From contig CALBNX010000014.1 in the NCBI GenBank assembly GCA_937896885.1, positions 5,061 through 69,060 of the forward strand: DNA of 64,000 nucleotides, written 5' to 3'. Under the pieces are notes generated by a model. The model searched no databases. It was not told the origin of the DNA and saw only the letters and a list, made by a program, of their open reading frames with translations. Positions 1 to 8,505 of the stretch are shown one piece after another. Each line of letters begins with the position of its first letter. The stretch's first letter is position 1. Position numbers and translations under genes: made by a program. The stretch comes from an uncultured Clostridia bacterium. GTDB lineage: Bacteria; Bacillota; Clostridia; Oscillospirales; Acutalibacteraceae.

Positions 1-769
1 ACTTTCTATCGTAAATGAAAGTGGTCAGACAATTGTCACTTATGAATATGATTCATGGGGTGCAGTTTCATTCTCTGCAACATCAATGCAGAATATGATG
101 TTGGCTTATACACTTTCATTTGTAAGCCCATTCACTTATCGTGGTTATTGTTATGACTATGATATTGAACTTTATTACTTGCAATCAAGATATTATTCAG
201 CAGAGATTGGTAGGTTCATTAATACTGACGATACGCAGATTGCGATTGCGACACAAGGTACTATTCTTGGTGCGAACTTATTTGCGTATTGTGAAAATAA
301 TCCCATAATAAACATTGATAACAATGGGTACGCATATTTGCGAATTCGCACAACTGTATTAGGATTTGCACTTGATTGTTTATTTACTTTGCTAGGTCCA
401 ACTTTTAAGTACGGATTTGATATAGTAGGCTCTGCATTAAGAATGTATGCAAAAAAGAAAGGTTACAAATATTTTGCGGACAAGTTGTTAACTATGGCAA
501 TACCCAAATTCGTTGGTCTTTTTTCAAAGTTCATGACACTTATTCGAACAGCAATATGTAGAGCCACTGGGGCAGTTTTAAGCAACACCATGAGTACAGC
601 TTTTGTACATATCACAAAAGGGTTAACTAGATTTTATAATAATGGACAATATTATAAAATCTACAGTTATATCGCTACTTTTTTATCGGCCGGTTCTCTA
701 GTTGCTGCATGTTTGGCTTTTATTACATCTGGTAGTTGGTTGGATCCGTATGTTATACTAATTAAATAG
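1..769 (+). CDS. RHS/YD-repeat polymorphic toxin, C-terminal end (5' part lies outside the window)
   Basis: Frame 2 is open from nt 2 (IVNESGQTIVTYEYDSWGAV). The RHS-associated core end reads YDYDIELYYLQSRYYSAEIGRFINTDD...NLFAYCENNPIINIDNNGY, with a DPxGL-like boundary near nt 331. A ~145 aa hydrophobic variable tip follows (nt 332-766). Confidence 0.8.
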   Translation, partial: LSIVNESGQTIVTYEYDSWGAVSFSATSMQNMMLAYTLSFVSPFTYRGYCYDYDIELYYLQSRYYSAEIGRFINTDDTQIAIATQGTILGANLFAYCENNPIINIDNNGYAYLRIRTTVLGFALDCLFTLLGPTFKYGFDIVGSALRMYAKKKGYKYFADKLLTMAIPKFVGLFSKFMTLIRTAICRATGAVLSNTMSTAFVHITKGLTRFYNNGQYYKIYSYIATFLSAGSLVAACLAFITSGSWLDPYVILIK

Positions 770-777
770 GAGATTAT

Positions 778-1446
778 ATGAAAAAAAGTAGAATAATATT
801 TTTCTGTAGTGCGCTATTTTTTATATCTTGGTTTATATTTGAAGATGCTGAATCAATTTCTGTACGAAAGTTTTTAGGGATAGATACAAGTGAATCAATA
901 TATTTTTTACGAAGTTATCCCGTAGGGTTAATTAGTTTATTATTGTTTTTTGCTTTTGTTTTTTTATATAATAATGGTAAAAATTTCGATTTTAATTTCT
1001 CTATAAAAAATCAAGTTAAAATCATTACTATTTACTTATTAATATTTTCTTTACCCATTATATTATTAGGTAAAGGATGTACAATAATAACAGAAAACAG
1101 TATCGTTGAATATAATTCTTATGGAGAAATAAAAAAACAATATTCTTTAACAGATATTGATAATGTTCATTGCGATTTATATAGTATAAGAGGCACCTCA
1201 CAATTCACATACAAATTAACAGTTGAAAACAAGTCAATTACTATTTATAGTACTGATGATGAAGAAAATTGGGAAGCAATGATTTGGATTGATACTATTG
1301 TTAAAACTAATAATATACCAAAATCAATTAATGCATCTACAACTATTGAAGAAATCAAGAATTATTCTACTTGGGATATGATACTTAATAGTTCAACCGG
1401 AGTTTATACTCATATAGAATATTTGGAAAAACTATTAGAAACTTAA
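778..1446 (+). CDS. Putative cognate immunity protein (multi-pass membrane protein)
   Basis: Starts 9 nt after the toxin stop with RBS GGAGAT. The N-terminal half has several hydrophobic helices (IIFFCSALFFISWFIF, LISLLLFFAFVFL, IITIYLLIFSLPIILL). Its position right after a polymorphic toxin tip fits an immunity gene. Confidence 0.55.
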   Translation: MKKSRIIFFCSALFFISWFIFEDAESISVRKFLGIDTSESIYFLRSYPVGLISLLLFFAFVFLYNNGKNFDFNFSIKNQVKIITIYLLIFSLPIILLGKGCTIITENSIVEYNSYGEIKKQYSLTDIDNVHCDLYSIRGTSQFTYKLTVENKSITIYSTDDEENWEAMIWIDTIVKTNNIPKSINASTTIEEIKNYSTWDMILNSSTGVYTHIEYLEKLLET

Positions 1447-1518
1447 ATTTAAAATGCCAATGGGCTGTCCTTCTGTGTCCGATGAATCTAATAACTAAAA
1501 CTTAATATTACACACCAA

Positions 1519-1555
1519 AGCCGATGAGGCACCCACCTCATCGGCTGATTTTTTG
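1519..1555 (+). terminator. Rho-independent terminator
   Basis: Stem AGCCGATGAGG / CCTCATCGGCT with a 6 nt loop, followed by a T-run (GATTTTTT). Confidence 0.75.
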
Positions 1556-1574
1556 TCGAAAAAAGCAAAATTAT

Positions 1575-1601
1575 TGTCACAAAACATTGAATATTTACGA
1601 T
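1575..1601 (+). promoter_or_regulatory. ECF-sigma-type promoter motif, copy 1 (TGTCAC-N17-CGAT)
   Basis: TGTCAC at 1575-1580, exactly 17 nt, then CGAT at 1598-1601 followed by TTATAT. The same motif and spacing recur at 7 other sites. Confidence 0.55.
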
Positions 1602-1607
1602 TTATAT

Positions 1608-1787
1608 TATTGAGGATGAACGATATAATCGTAAGATAGAACATTAATATGTGATAAACTGTTTTTTATTTTGATAAGATAATAAATACAAAAATAACAG
1701 TATACTTCCCATCTCAACCCATCTATCTGTATCATCCCACACCTCACCCCCCAGCCGATGGTTCACCCCATCGGCTTAACTTTTTTT
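1608..1787 (+). ncRNA. Candidate small RNA, copy 1 (CU-rich, terminator-ended)
   Basis: Lies between promoter motif copy 1 and the terminator AGCCGATGG..CCATCGGCT (1753-1776) plus T-run 1781-1787. No ORF of 60 aa or more. Contains the pyrimidine tract CTTCCCATCTCAACCCATCTATCTGTATCATCCCACACCTCACCCC. A paralogous copy lies at 23587-23758. Confidence 0.45.
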
Positions 1788-1917
1788 GTCGAAATTCTGA
1801 ATAATTATGTATTTTATATTGACTATTGTTTACCATTTTATAAAACTAAAACATGCATTATTACTCTACTCGAAGACAAATGAAATTACAATATTCAAAT
1901 TGAAAGAAGGACTTTTT

Positions 1918-2532
1918 ATGGAATTAAAACACTACACCAATATGTTCGTTATAACTTTTGTGTTGTTTTTTATTATTTCACTAATAATTGATTTGAAAAA
2001 AACATATACACATGAAAACATATCGTCAAAATTGATGACGCGAGAGAATGGAGAACAATATATTCTTGTGATGACATTTTCTTGGCAATTCAATAAACAA
2101 AAAAGGATTAGAGAATTGTTTAAGCAAAATAGCGTTTATACGAAGAATGATTTCAATTATGTTATAACTAGTTGCCTTAAAGACCAAAAGACAAGTTTGT
2201 TTACTCGTGATTTCGAATTTGGAGTTAAACCTATTGGGCAATCAAAATCCACAGATATAAAATATTTTATATATATTACAGGTAGGGATAATCTTACTGT
2301 TAATTTGAAAAACGCAATCAACTATAATGAGGTATATTCAGAAATATACAGAAGCAACATTGATAACAACGATAAAGAGTTATTACTTAAATATTTTAAC
2401 AGTCTTTCAAACGATGTTGCTTTCGACAAAGAAAATACCAACGCATTCCTTGAACTTCTTAGAAAATATGAGCCAGTATTTTCCTTTGCAGGCAGTATAA
2501 TTAGTATTATATCAGCTCTCCTTTCAATATAA
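1918..2532 (+). CDS. Hypothetical membrane-anchored protein
   Basis: An internal ATG at 1918 with RBS AAGAAGGA is preferred over the 1807 start. N-terminal TM helix FVITFVLFFIISLIIDL and a C-terminal hydrophobic tail. Confidence 0.5.
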   Translation: MELKHYTNMFVITFVLFFIISLIIDLKKTYTHENISSKLMTRENGEQYILVMTFSWQFNKQKRIRELFKQNSVYTKNDFNYVITSCLKDQKTSLFTRDFEFGVKPIGQSKSTDIKYFIYITGRDNLTVNLKNAINYNEVYSEIYRSNIDNNDKELLLKYFNSLSNDVAFDKENTNAFLELLRKYEPVFSFAGSIISIISALLSI

Positions 2533-2586
2533 TTATTAAAATCGAACTAAAAAGCATAACACTAATTAAAACTAATATTCTATACA

Positions 2587-2622
2587 AAACCGATGGTAAT
2601 TTACTATCGGTTTTATTTTTTT
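2587..2622 (+). terminator. Rho-independent terminator
   Basis: Stem AAACCGATGGTAA / TTACTATCGGTTT followed by TATTTTTTT. Confidence 0.7.
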
Positions 2623-2653
2623 GTCGCTTTTTTCTACTTTTTTGCATTTTATC

Positions 2654-2678
2654 TTACAATTGACTCTTAAAATTGTAA
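2654..2678 (+). promoter_or_regulatory. 9-7-9 palindromic site A (TTACAATTG-ACTCTTA-AAATTGTAA)
   Basis: Imperfect inverted arms around a 7 nt spacer. Belongs to a family of four sites (A-D). Lies 50 nt upstream of the 2728 start. Confidence 0.6.
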
Positions 2679-2727
2679 AATGTATTTGAGGTAAAATATA
2701 AATAAATATATATAGGGAGGATTGTTT

Positions 2728-5322
2728 ATGAAGAAAACTACAAATAAAATTTTAAGTATTATTTTATCGGTGTTACTCTTACTTTCAGTAATGCCAATGA
2801 CTGCTTTTGCGACTAGCTCTGTGGCATCTGTCAAAACAACTGATGGTGAAGTTACTGACTACACCGAGTTAACAGAAGCATTTTATGCTGCTGCAAAAAG
2901 CAAAGCTTCAACAATTACATTGTTAAATGATGTTGATTTGAATGGAAATGGTATTGAAATTTCTGAATACACAGGCTTTACATCTGCTGATTTTACTCTT
3001 GAATTGAATGGTAAAACAATTTCAAGTAGTGTCCATAGCAGTGTTTTAAGCACAGGTGAAAATATCATCATCACAATCAAGGATAGTGTTGGTGCGGGTG
3101 GAATCACAAATACAATGGTTAATGGTACCGCAGTTTCCGCTATTCTTGCCATGGGTAATGTTACAATAGAAAATGGTATTTTTACCGCAGAAGATACAGC
3201 CGTTTGTGTTTATAGCGGAAATGCAACAATCAATGGTGGTACATTCAATAGTGATATGTATGCAGTATCTGTCTATGGTGGTTTTTTAACTGTAAATGAC
3301 GGTGAATTTAACGGTGATTCATGCGGATTGCTGTTCACTGAAGAAATAATGTTCTATAAAACACAAGGCAAAGGAATAGTTTCTGGCGGTACATTCAATG
3401 GTGGTATTTCAATAGTTCATTCTGGCGATTTCTATCTTTTAGACGCAATAACTAATGGCTATGGTGTATTTACTCAAGACGGAACAGAAATTATAATTAC
3501 AGAAATGCAAAAATCTGTAAGTGGTAATATTACTATTAAAGAATCTGATAGTAAAAGAGAATATTCAGCGTGTTTAACAAGTGCTGACGGAGCAAAGCAG
3601 GAATTTGTTTCTTTTGATGAAGCTCATTCGGTTGCAATGACAAAGCCGGGTTCGGTTTTGACTTTATATAAAGACATTGAGGTTGACAACACTGTTTACA
3701 CACCAACAAAATTTGTAAAGCCTGATTTCACATTTGAATTGAATGGATATACAGTTTCAGGTAATTCAGACAGTTGTATTTTTGGATTAACAAAGAACGC
3801 AAAAATAACAATAAAAGATAGTGTCGGAACAGGCAAAATCATAAACACTAACGAATCGTTTGGTTCAGTTTTCAGTAATAGTGGTACATTGATTATTGAA
3901 AGTGGTATGATTATCAGCACAGCAAAATCTGCTATTGTAAATGATAATACAGTTATTGTATATGGTGGTTCAATAAGTGGTAAAGAATATGGTATTAAAA
4001 GTACAGGCAATATAACCGTTTACGATGGTGAAATTTCTGGTGGAAAGTTTGGCTTATATGCAAGCACAAAAACTGCTCCTGTTGCCACTCTTTATGGTGG
4101 AACATTTAATGGCGGTATTGACTTGAATCTTTTACCTGTTGGTTATACACTTGCAAATCTTCTTGCAGAAGGTCATTTCTATTATGATAGTGAAGATAAC
4201 AATATTACTGATTTTGGCGATTTCCAAGGAATTAATGATACTGTAATTGTTAAAAATAAATATCCAGTATCTGTTATTCAACCTGATGGCACAACTGAAT
4301 ACTTCCCTACTGTTGATGAAGGCATAGATAAAGCTAATAAAGATACGGATAGCATTTTAAAGCTTTTAAAAGATATTCTTTTGGATTCATCACTCATAAT
4401 TGACGGTAAAACTACTCTTGACCTTAATGGTAAAACAATTGAGGTTAAAGATGCTGTTTCAATTCTTGTAGAAAATGGTGCAATACTCAGTGTTAAAGAT
4501 ACTCTTGATAATGGCACAATTTGCGGAGGCACAGTTTCAGTTGATGGAGGTGCTCTCAATTTTAACAATGGCACAATCACAAGTACAACAAACGGTATTA
4601 CAAACTCTAGTGGTACTGTTAATGTTAACGGTGGTGAAATCATCTCTGAAAATGGCTATGTTGACATTTTTGTTGAGGGAGAAAATACTACCAAAATCTA
4701 TGGTGGCACTTTTAAGGATGGTTTCACAACATCAGGTGCAACTGTAAATGATATTCTCGCAGATGGCTATGTCTTCTATAATGGCGAAGGCGCTGTTGAA
4801 ATTAAAGATAATCAAAAAGTTGTTAGCGATAATGTTGTTGTTTATGAAAAAACAATCGTAACTGCTATGTCATCACAAATCAGATTCAATAGAAATAGTG
4901 ATGGTTCGTATGCTGAAACATTTGATGTAAGAACAAGAGCAAAAATCAGCGATGCAGACTTCAAAAAATATATTGCAGACACAACTGAAGAAGCAAGAAC
5001 TAAAATTACCAAAGTAGGTTTTGTTTATTCAAGAGCAACAACGGAATTCAATATCGAAAGCGCAAAAACGGTTGCACAAGGTGGAACTGTTACTGGATTT
5101 GTAGATGCACCTATAAGCTTCATTCAAGACGCCGATGGTTATTATATGTTTACTTGTATGGTAACAGGTGTAACAGAAGAAGATATTGATAATGGTCTTA
5201 CAACTTATGCATATATCTGTGTTGAAGACACTTGGTATTTCTTCCCTGTCGAAACAACAGCAGAATTTAGTGATTTATATTGCAATTACTATCCTCTCGC
5301 TGCTGAAAAATACGGTTGGTAA
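2728..5322 (+). CDS. Secreted repetitive surface protein (beta-helix-like internal repeats)
   Basis: RBS GGAGGA then ATG at 2728. Signal peptide MKKTTNKILSIILSVLLLLSVMPMTAFA. Three repeats of the pattern (E/D)LNG(K/Y)T..., followed further along by I(T/K)..KDS(V/L)G.G.I.N; Gly/Asn/Thr-rich. Confidence 0.7.
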   Translation: MKKTTNKILSIILSVLLLLSVMPMTAFATSSVASVKTTDGEVTDYTELTEAFYAAAKSKASTITLLNDVDLNGNGIEISEYTGFTSADFTLELNGKTISSSVHSSVLSTGENIIITIKDSVGAGGITNTMVNGTAVSAILAMGNVTIENGIFTAEDTAVCVYSGNATINGGTFNSDMYAVSVYGGFLTVNDGEFNGDSCGLLFTEEIMFYKTQGKGIVSGGTFNGGISIVHSGDFYLLDAITNGYGVFTQDGTEIIITEMQKSVSGNITIKESDSKREYSACLTSADGAKQEFVSFDEAHSVAMTKPGSVLTLYKDIEVDNTVYTPTKFVKPDFTFELNGYTVSGNSDSCIFGLTKNAKITIKDSVGTGKIINTNESFGSVFSNSGTLIIESGMIISTAKSAIVNDNTVIVYGGSISGKEYGIKSTGNITVYDGEISGGKFGLYASTKTAPVATLYGGTFNGGIDLNLLPVGYTLANLLAEGHFYYDSEDNNITDFGDFQGINDTVIVKNKYPVSVIQPDGTTEYFPTVDEGIDKANKDTDSILKLLKDILLDSSLIIDGKTTLDLNGKTIEVKDAVSILVENGAILSVKDTLDNGTICGGTVSVDGGALNFNNGTITSTTNGITNSSGTVNVNGGEIISENGYVDIFVEGENTTKIYGGTFKDGFTTSGATVNDILADGYVFYNGEGAVEIKDNQKVVSDNVVVYEKTIVTAMSSQIRFNRNSDGSYAETFDVRTRAKISDADFKKYIADTTEEARTKITKVGFVYSRATTEFNIESAKTVAQGGTVTGFVDAPISFIQDADGYYMFTCMVTGVTEEDIDNGLTTYAYICVEDTWYFFPVETTAEFSDLYCNYYPLAAEKYGW

Positions 5323-5459
5323 ATCAATTTAGGTTATTATATAGTGAGTTTTGTTAAAAATCTTGCTGTTATAATAAAAAGTCACTCTGGACGGTACAAA
5401 AACATACAATTACACCATCTTTTTCGTTCAGAGTGGCGACTTTAAAGAAAGGCAATATT

Positions 5460-5579
5460 ATGAAGAAATATACACCACCTGATTTCGATATAACTATTTT
5501 TAAAATTGAAGATATTATCACTGCATCGTCACCTACCTTTGGAGACCAAGACCCCAATGGAGATGACTGGTGGGGATAA
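5460..5579 (+). CDS. Unannotated 39 aa small ORF (MKKYTPPDFDITIFKIEDIITASSPTFGDQDPNGDDWWG)
   Basis: ATG at 5460 preceded by AAAGAAAGG, stop TAA at 5577-5579, hairpin GCACCGATAAAATATTATCGGTGC downstream. The minus-strand track ORF 5369..5587 overlaps it and looks less plausible. Confidence 0.35.
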   Translation: MKKYTPPDFDITIFKIEDIITASSPTFGDQDPNGDDWWG

Positions 5580-5657
5580 AATAACAATTAAAATTCAACA
5601 AAAAAAGCATGAAGCACCGATAAAATATTATCGGTGCTAAAAATTACATACTTTTAT

Positions 5658-5684
5658 TGTCACAAAAAGTCAAATTATTTCGAT
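5658..5684 (+). promoter_or_regulatory. ECF-sigma-type promoter motif, copy 2
   Basis: TGTCAC 5658-5663, 17 nt, CGAT 5681-5684, then TTATATAT. Points into site B and ORF 5846. Confidence 0.55.
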
Positions 5685-5791
5685 TTATATATAAAAGGGA
5701 TACTTATAAGTATATGTATTCAAAATTCTTTCAAATGGAAATAGTAACCTTGTTTCTATTTGAAAAAGTTTTGAAAAATAAAACAAACAAC

Positions 5792-5816
5792 TTACAATAA
5801 CCTCTTATTATTGTAA
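5792..5816 (+). promoter_or_regulatory. 9-7-9 site B (TTACAATAA-CCTCTTA-TTATTGTAA)
   Basis: Perfect 9 bp inverted arms with an asymmetric 7 bp spacer. The reverse complement of site C is identical at 24 of 25 positions, including the whole spacer. Confidence 0.65.
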
Positions 5817-5845
5817 ATAATATTAAATCGTGTGGGAGATAACTT

Positions 5846-6844
5846 ATGACAGAAAGTTTAAAGTACGCCTTTTCTATAAAGCGAGTAAAAAAGACTAACG
5901 ATATTGATTATATAAATGCAATTAAGATATACAATGAAAATATTCCTTTTGATATTAGAACAGATTCTAATGAAATCACATCTTGGTTAAATGAAGATTT
6001 AAACAAATCTCCGTTTGTACCATATTGTTTTATACTTTATTTTAATAATGAAGTAGTTGGCTTTGCTATGGAAACGTATATAAAGCGAACTAAAATTATG
6101 GTTGGAGAATATATAACTTTACAAAACGAATTTCATTCAGAAACTGTTTTATTTACATTTTTAGATTTAATGCATAATTATTATCGAATAAATAATATCG
6201 ATATTTCTTATTTTGTTGATGAAATAAGTAATAAAAATTCAGGTAATAGTGTCGATAAAGAAAGTAAACTTTTTAAAAAAATGCTATGTGTTCAAGGCTT
6301 TGGAGAAATTGATGCACCATATACAACATTGCCTTTGGGCTTAAATAATTTTGAAAGTTCCTTTGATGCAAAGATTTTTATTAAATCTAATGATGAACTT
6401 AAACTTATTTCAAAAGAAACATATCTTTCTATTGTTGAATCTATTTACTATGATTACTTTATTGTTTGGTATAAGGATATGTTTACTGAGAGAGAAAAAA
6501 CAAAATACAAACAGAAAGTTGATTGTTTTTTCAAAAGCATATCAGACGATTTAATTAAAGAATCTGAATTAGAGATAAAATTTGTCGATTGTCCTGTTTT
6601 AAAGGAAAGTCAAGATTCATACAAGACAATAAACATCCCAAATCGCAAACAATCAAACATATTAAAATGGCTTTTTATAATATTAGTATTGATTGTACTT
6701 CCACCTATAATAGCTTTAATTTATACAAGCATATTAAACTTTCTACATATTGAAACAAATACAGTTAGTTCTTTATTAGGAGAAAGTTTAAGTGGTTTAT
6801 TAACTTTTATTTCAGCATATGTAATATATAAAAAGGCTCTATAA
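5846..6844 (+). CDS. Hypothetical protein with a C-terminal membrane anchor (possible GNAT-like N-terminal fold)
   Basis: RBS GGGAGA. C-terminal TM segments WLFIILVLIVLPPIIALIYTSIL and LSGLLTFISAYVIY. The N-terminal segment YCFILYFNNEVVGFAMETYI is only weakly acetyltransferase-like. Confidence 0.5.
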   Translation: MTESLKYAFSIKRVKKTNDIDYINAIKIYNENIPFDIRTDSNEITSWLNEDLNKSPFVPYCFILYFNNEVVGFAMETYIKRTKIMVGEYITLQNEFHSETVLFTFLDLMHNYYRINNIDISYFVDEISNKNSGNSVDKESKLFKKMLCVQGFGEIDAPYTTLPLGLNNFESSFDAKIFIKSNDELKLISKETYLSIVESIYYDYFIVWYKDMFTEREKTKYKQKVDCFFKSISDDLIKESELEIKFVDCPVLKESQDSYKTINIPNRKQSNILKWLFIILVLIVLPPIIALIYTSILNFLHIETNTVSSLLGESLSGLLTFISAYVIYKKAL

Positions 6845-7543
6845 TTTTTTTAATGCAACTATTATATTTCCTGAATATTTTTTTAGAGTAGGGATATAGT
6901 TAGCAAGTTTATCTAACTTTGAAAACTTTATTGCTATGTTATCATTTTTAGCGAATAAACCATCAAAAATATGAAATCCACTCACATTGATAATTTCTAT
7001 ATTAAAACTATTTATAATTGATAAGATATATTGATAAGAGTATATCCACTGTCTATGTTCTTTTCCCAAATAAGGGGTTTTAATAACTGCCGTGTCCTTT
7101 TTGAAGTTTTTACTAAATAGGTATTCAAAACCATTACTATTTTCAAATTCAATTATAATTAATCCATTACTTTTTACTACTCTGATAAGTTCGGAAATAG
7201 ATAATATCGCATCCGTGTAATTTATAACACTTCCGACACATATTGCACCGTCAAAAGTATTATCAGCAAATGGGATTTTTTCAATACTCGCTACTGTATA
7301 TTCATCACAATGACATATTTTATTTTCTGCTATATCAATATGATGCATTCGGCAATCTATATCGTATGTATTTCCTGCAGAACCAGCATTTAATATGTAA
7401 TTATTTTTATGCAATGGTATTAATAATTTTTTTAAATATGCTGAAATATAAGAATAAGAGTATTTATACCAAGGTGAGTTTGACCAAACATTATTAGCAT
7501 CCTCATAAAATTTCTTTATTTCATCTATATTAAAATCACTCAT
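6839..7543 (-). CDS. Class I SAM-dependent methyltransferase
   Basis: Start at the internal M (MSDFNIDEIKKF) with RBS AAGGAAAC. Motif I-like ILNAGSAGN and a Methyltransf_11-like segment FDGAICVGSVINYT. Converges on and overlaps ORF 5846-6844 by 6 nt. Confidence 0.65.
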   Translation of the reverse strand: MSDFNIDEIKKFYEDANNVWSNSPWYKYSYSYISAYLKKLLIPLHKNNYILNAGSAGNTYDIDCRMHHIDIAENKICHCDEYTVASIEKIPFADNTFDGAICVGSVINYTDAILSISELIRVVKSNGLIIIEFENSNGFEYLFSKNFKKDTAVIKTPYLGKEHRQWIYSYQYILSIINSFNIEIINVSGFHIFDGLFAKNDNIAIKFSKLDKLANYIPTLKKYSGNIIVALKKL

Positions 7544-7555
7544 TTTATTGTTTCC

Positions 7556-7580
7556 TTTCAATAATAAGAGGTTATTGTAA
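7556..7580 (+). promoter_or_regulatory. 9-7-9 site C (TTTCAATAA-TAAGAGG-TTATTGTAA), an inverted copy of site B
   Basis: The spacer TAAGAGG is the exact reverse complement of the site B spacer CCTCTTA. The site abuts the methyltransferase RBS. Confidence 0.65.
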
Positions 7581-7607
7581 ATTGGTTGCTATAAAAAACA
7601 TCATAAT

Positions 7608-7639
7608 AGAAAAAGTCATCCCCTAACTTGAGATGACTT
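7608..7639 (-). terminator. Terminator-like hairpin reading on the minus strand
   Basis: Stem AAGTCATC / GATGACTT with a T-run (TTTTTCT) on the minus strand. It sits just outside site C and could insulate the methyltransferase from leftward read-through. Confidence 0.35.
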
Positions 7640-7682
7640 CAAATAAACATAATTATTAAATAAATATAAGGAATGTATCATT

Positions 7683-8384
7683 ATGGAGTTATTGTTATAT
7701 AGAAGTTATTTAAAATATTTGAAAGAGAATAAAATACCCGTATCTGAAGCTCTTAAAAGAATACCAAAACTTATGATAGTGCTTTTAGTAGCTCTAATAC
7801 TATCTGCAATAAGCGCAGTAGTTGTCCTCTATATAGAGCAAATTAGACAATACTTTTTTGTACCATTAGGAGTAGAAGCTATTGTTTCACTGATAGTCTT
7901 TTCATATGCACAGCATTACGAAATTAAGAATAGTGATAAAGATATAAAAGCACACAAAAAATATTGTGAAGCATTATACATATGGTTGGAAAAATCTTTG
8001 ATTTCTGTTGAGTCAAAAGATATAGTTGAATTAAAATCTCGAATGGATAGTCGATTGGAAAAATATGCAGAAACACAGCAAAGAACAACTGATATTATAA
8101 TGCGTTTTATTCAAACACTAATTATACCCGTTATTTTAACTGTATTAACGGTTATATTGAATAATCAAATCGATATTAATGTGATTTTAGCATATGGCTT
8201 TGTCGCTATAATGCTTTTATGTTTCTTCATTGTAACTTTATTCGGCTTTGTTTCTTTCATTAATTTAATTAGAAAAAACGAGTACGAAAAAATGAATAGC
8301 TTTTCTAAAGACTTACAAAGCATATTGGACACACAATTTGAAGATGGCATATTTGCCAAAATAGATGTAAAAGAACAAAAATAA
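7683..8384 (+). CDS. Hypothetical multi-pass membrane protein
   Basis: TM helices LMIVLLVALILSAISAVVVLYI, FVPLGVEAIVSLIVFSY, LIIPVILTVLTVIL and AYGFVAIMLLCFFIVTLFGFVSFI. Confidence 0.5.
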   Translation: MELLLYRSYLKYLKENKIPVSEALKRIPKLMIVLLVALILSAISAVVVLYIEQIRQYFFVPLGVEAIVSLIVFSYAQHYEIKNSDKDIKAHKKYCEALYIWLEKSLISVESKDIVELKSRMDSRLEKYAETQQRTTDIIMRFIQTLIIPVILTVLTVILNNQIDINVILAYGFVAIMLLCFFIVTLFGFVSFINLIRKNEYEKMNSFSKDLQSILDTQFEDGIFAKIDVKEQK

Positions 8385-8410
8385 TTTTAATTATAAAAAT
8401 ATTCAAAAAC

Positions 8411-8435
8411 TTACAATAATCAATAGTTATTGTAA
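8411..8435 (+). promoter_or_regulatory. 9-7-9 site D (TTACAATAA-TCAATAG-TTATTGTAA)
   Basis: Perfect arms (10 bp if the flanking C/G pair is included) with a different spacer. Lies 71 nt upstream of the recombinase start. Confidence 0.6.
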
Positions 8436-8505
8436 GAAAGCTAACAAAAATCCTCATAATTTGATAAAATAGGTCGTATCTTATCAAAATATGAGGTGTT
8501 TTTAT

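Noticed and set aside
2883-4747. Several 89-121 aa ORFs nested antisense or out of frame inside the 866 aa surface-protein gene (2883..3152, 3696..4010, 4278..4643, 4475..4747). Similar nested ORFs occur inside the giant gene (12105-14811), the adhesin (33436-35758), VirB4 (29218-30414) and the T4CP gene.
   Set aside because: They lie entirely within long, well-supported genes. They lack RBSs and have low-complexity, hydrophobic or repeat-mirroring composition typical of shadow ORFs.
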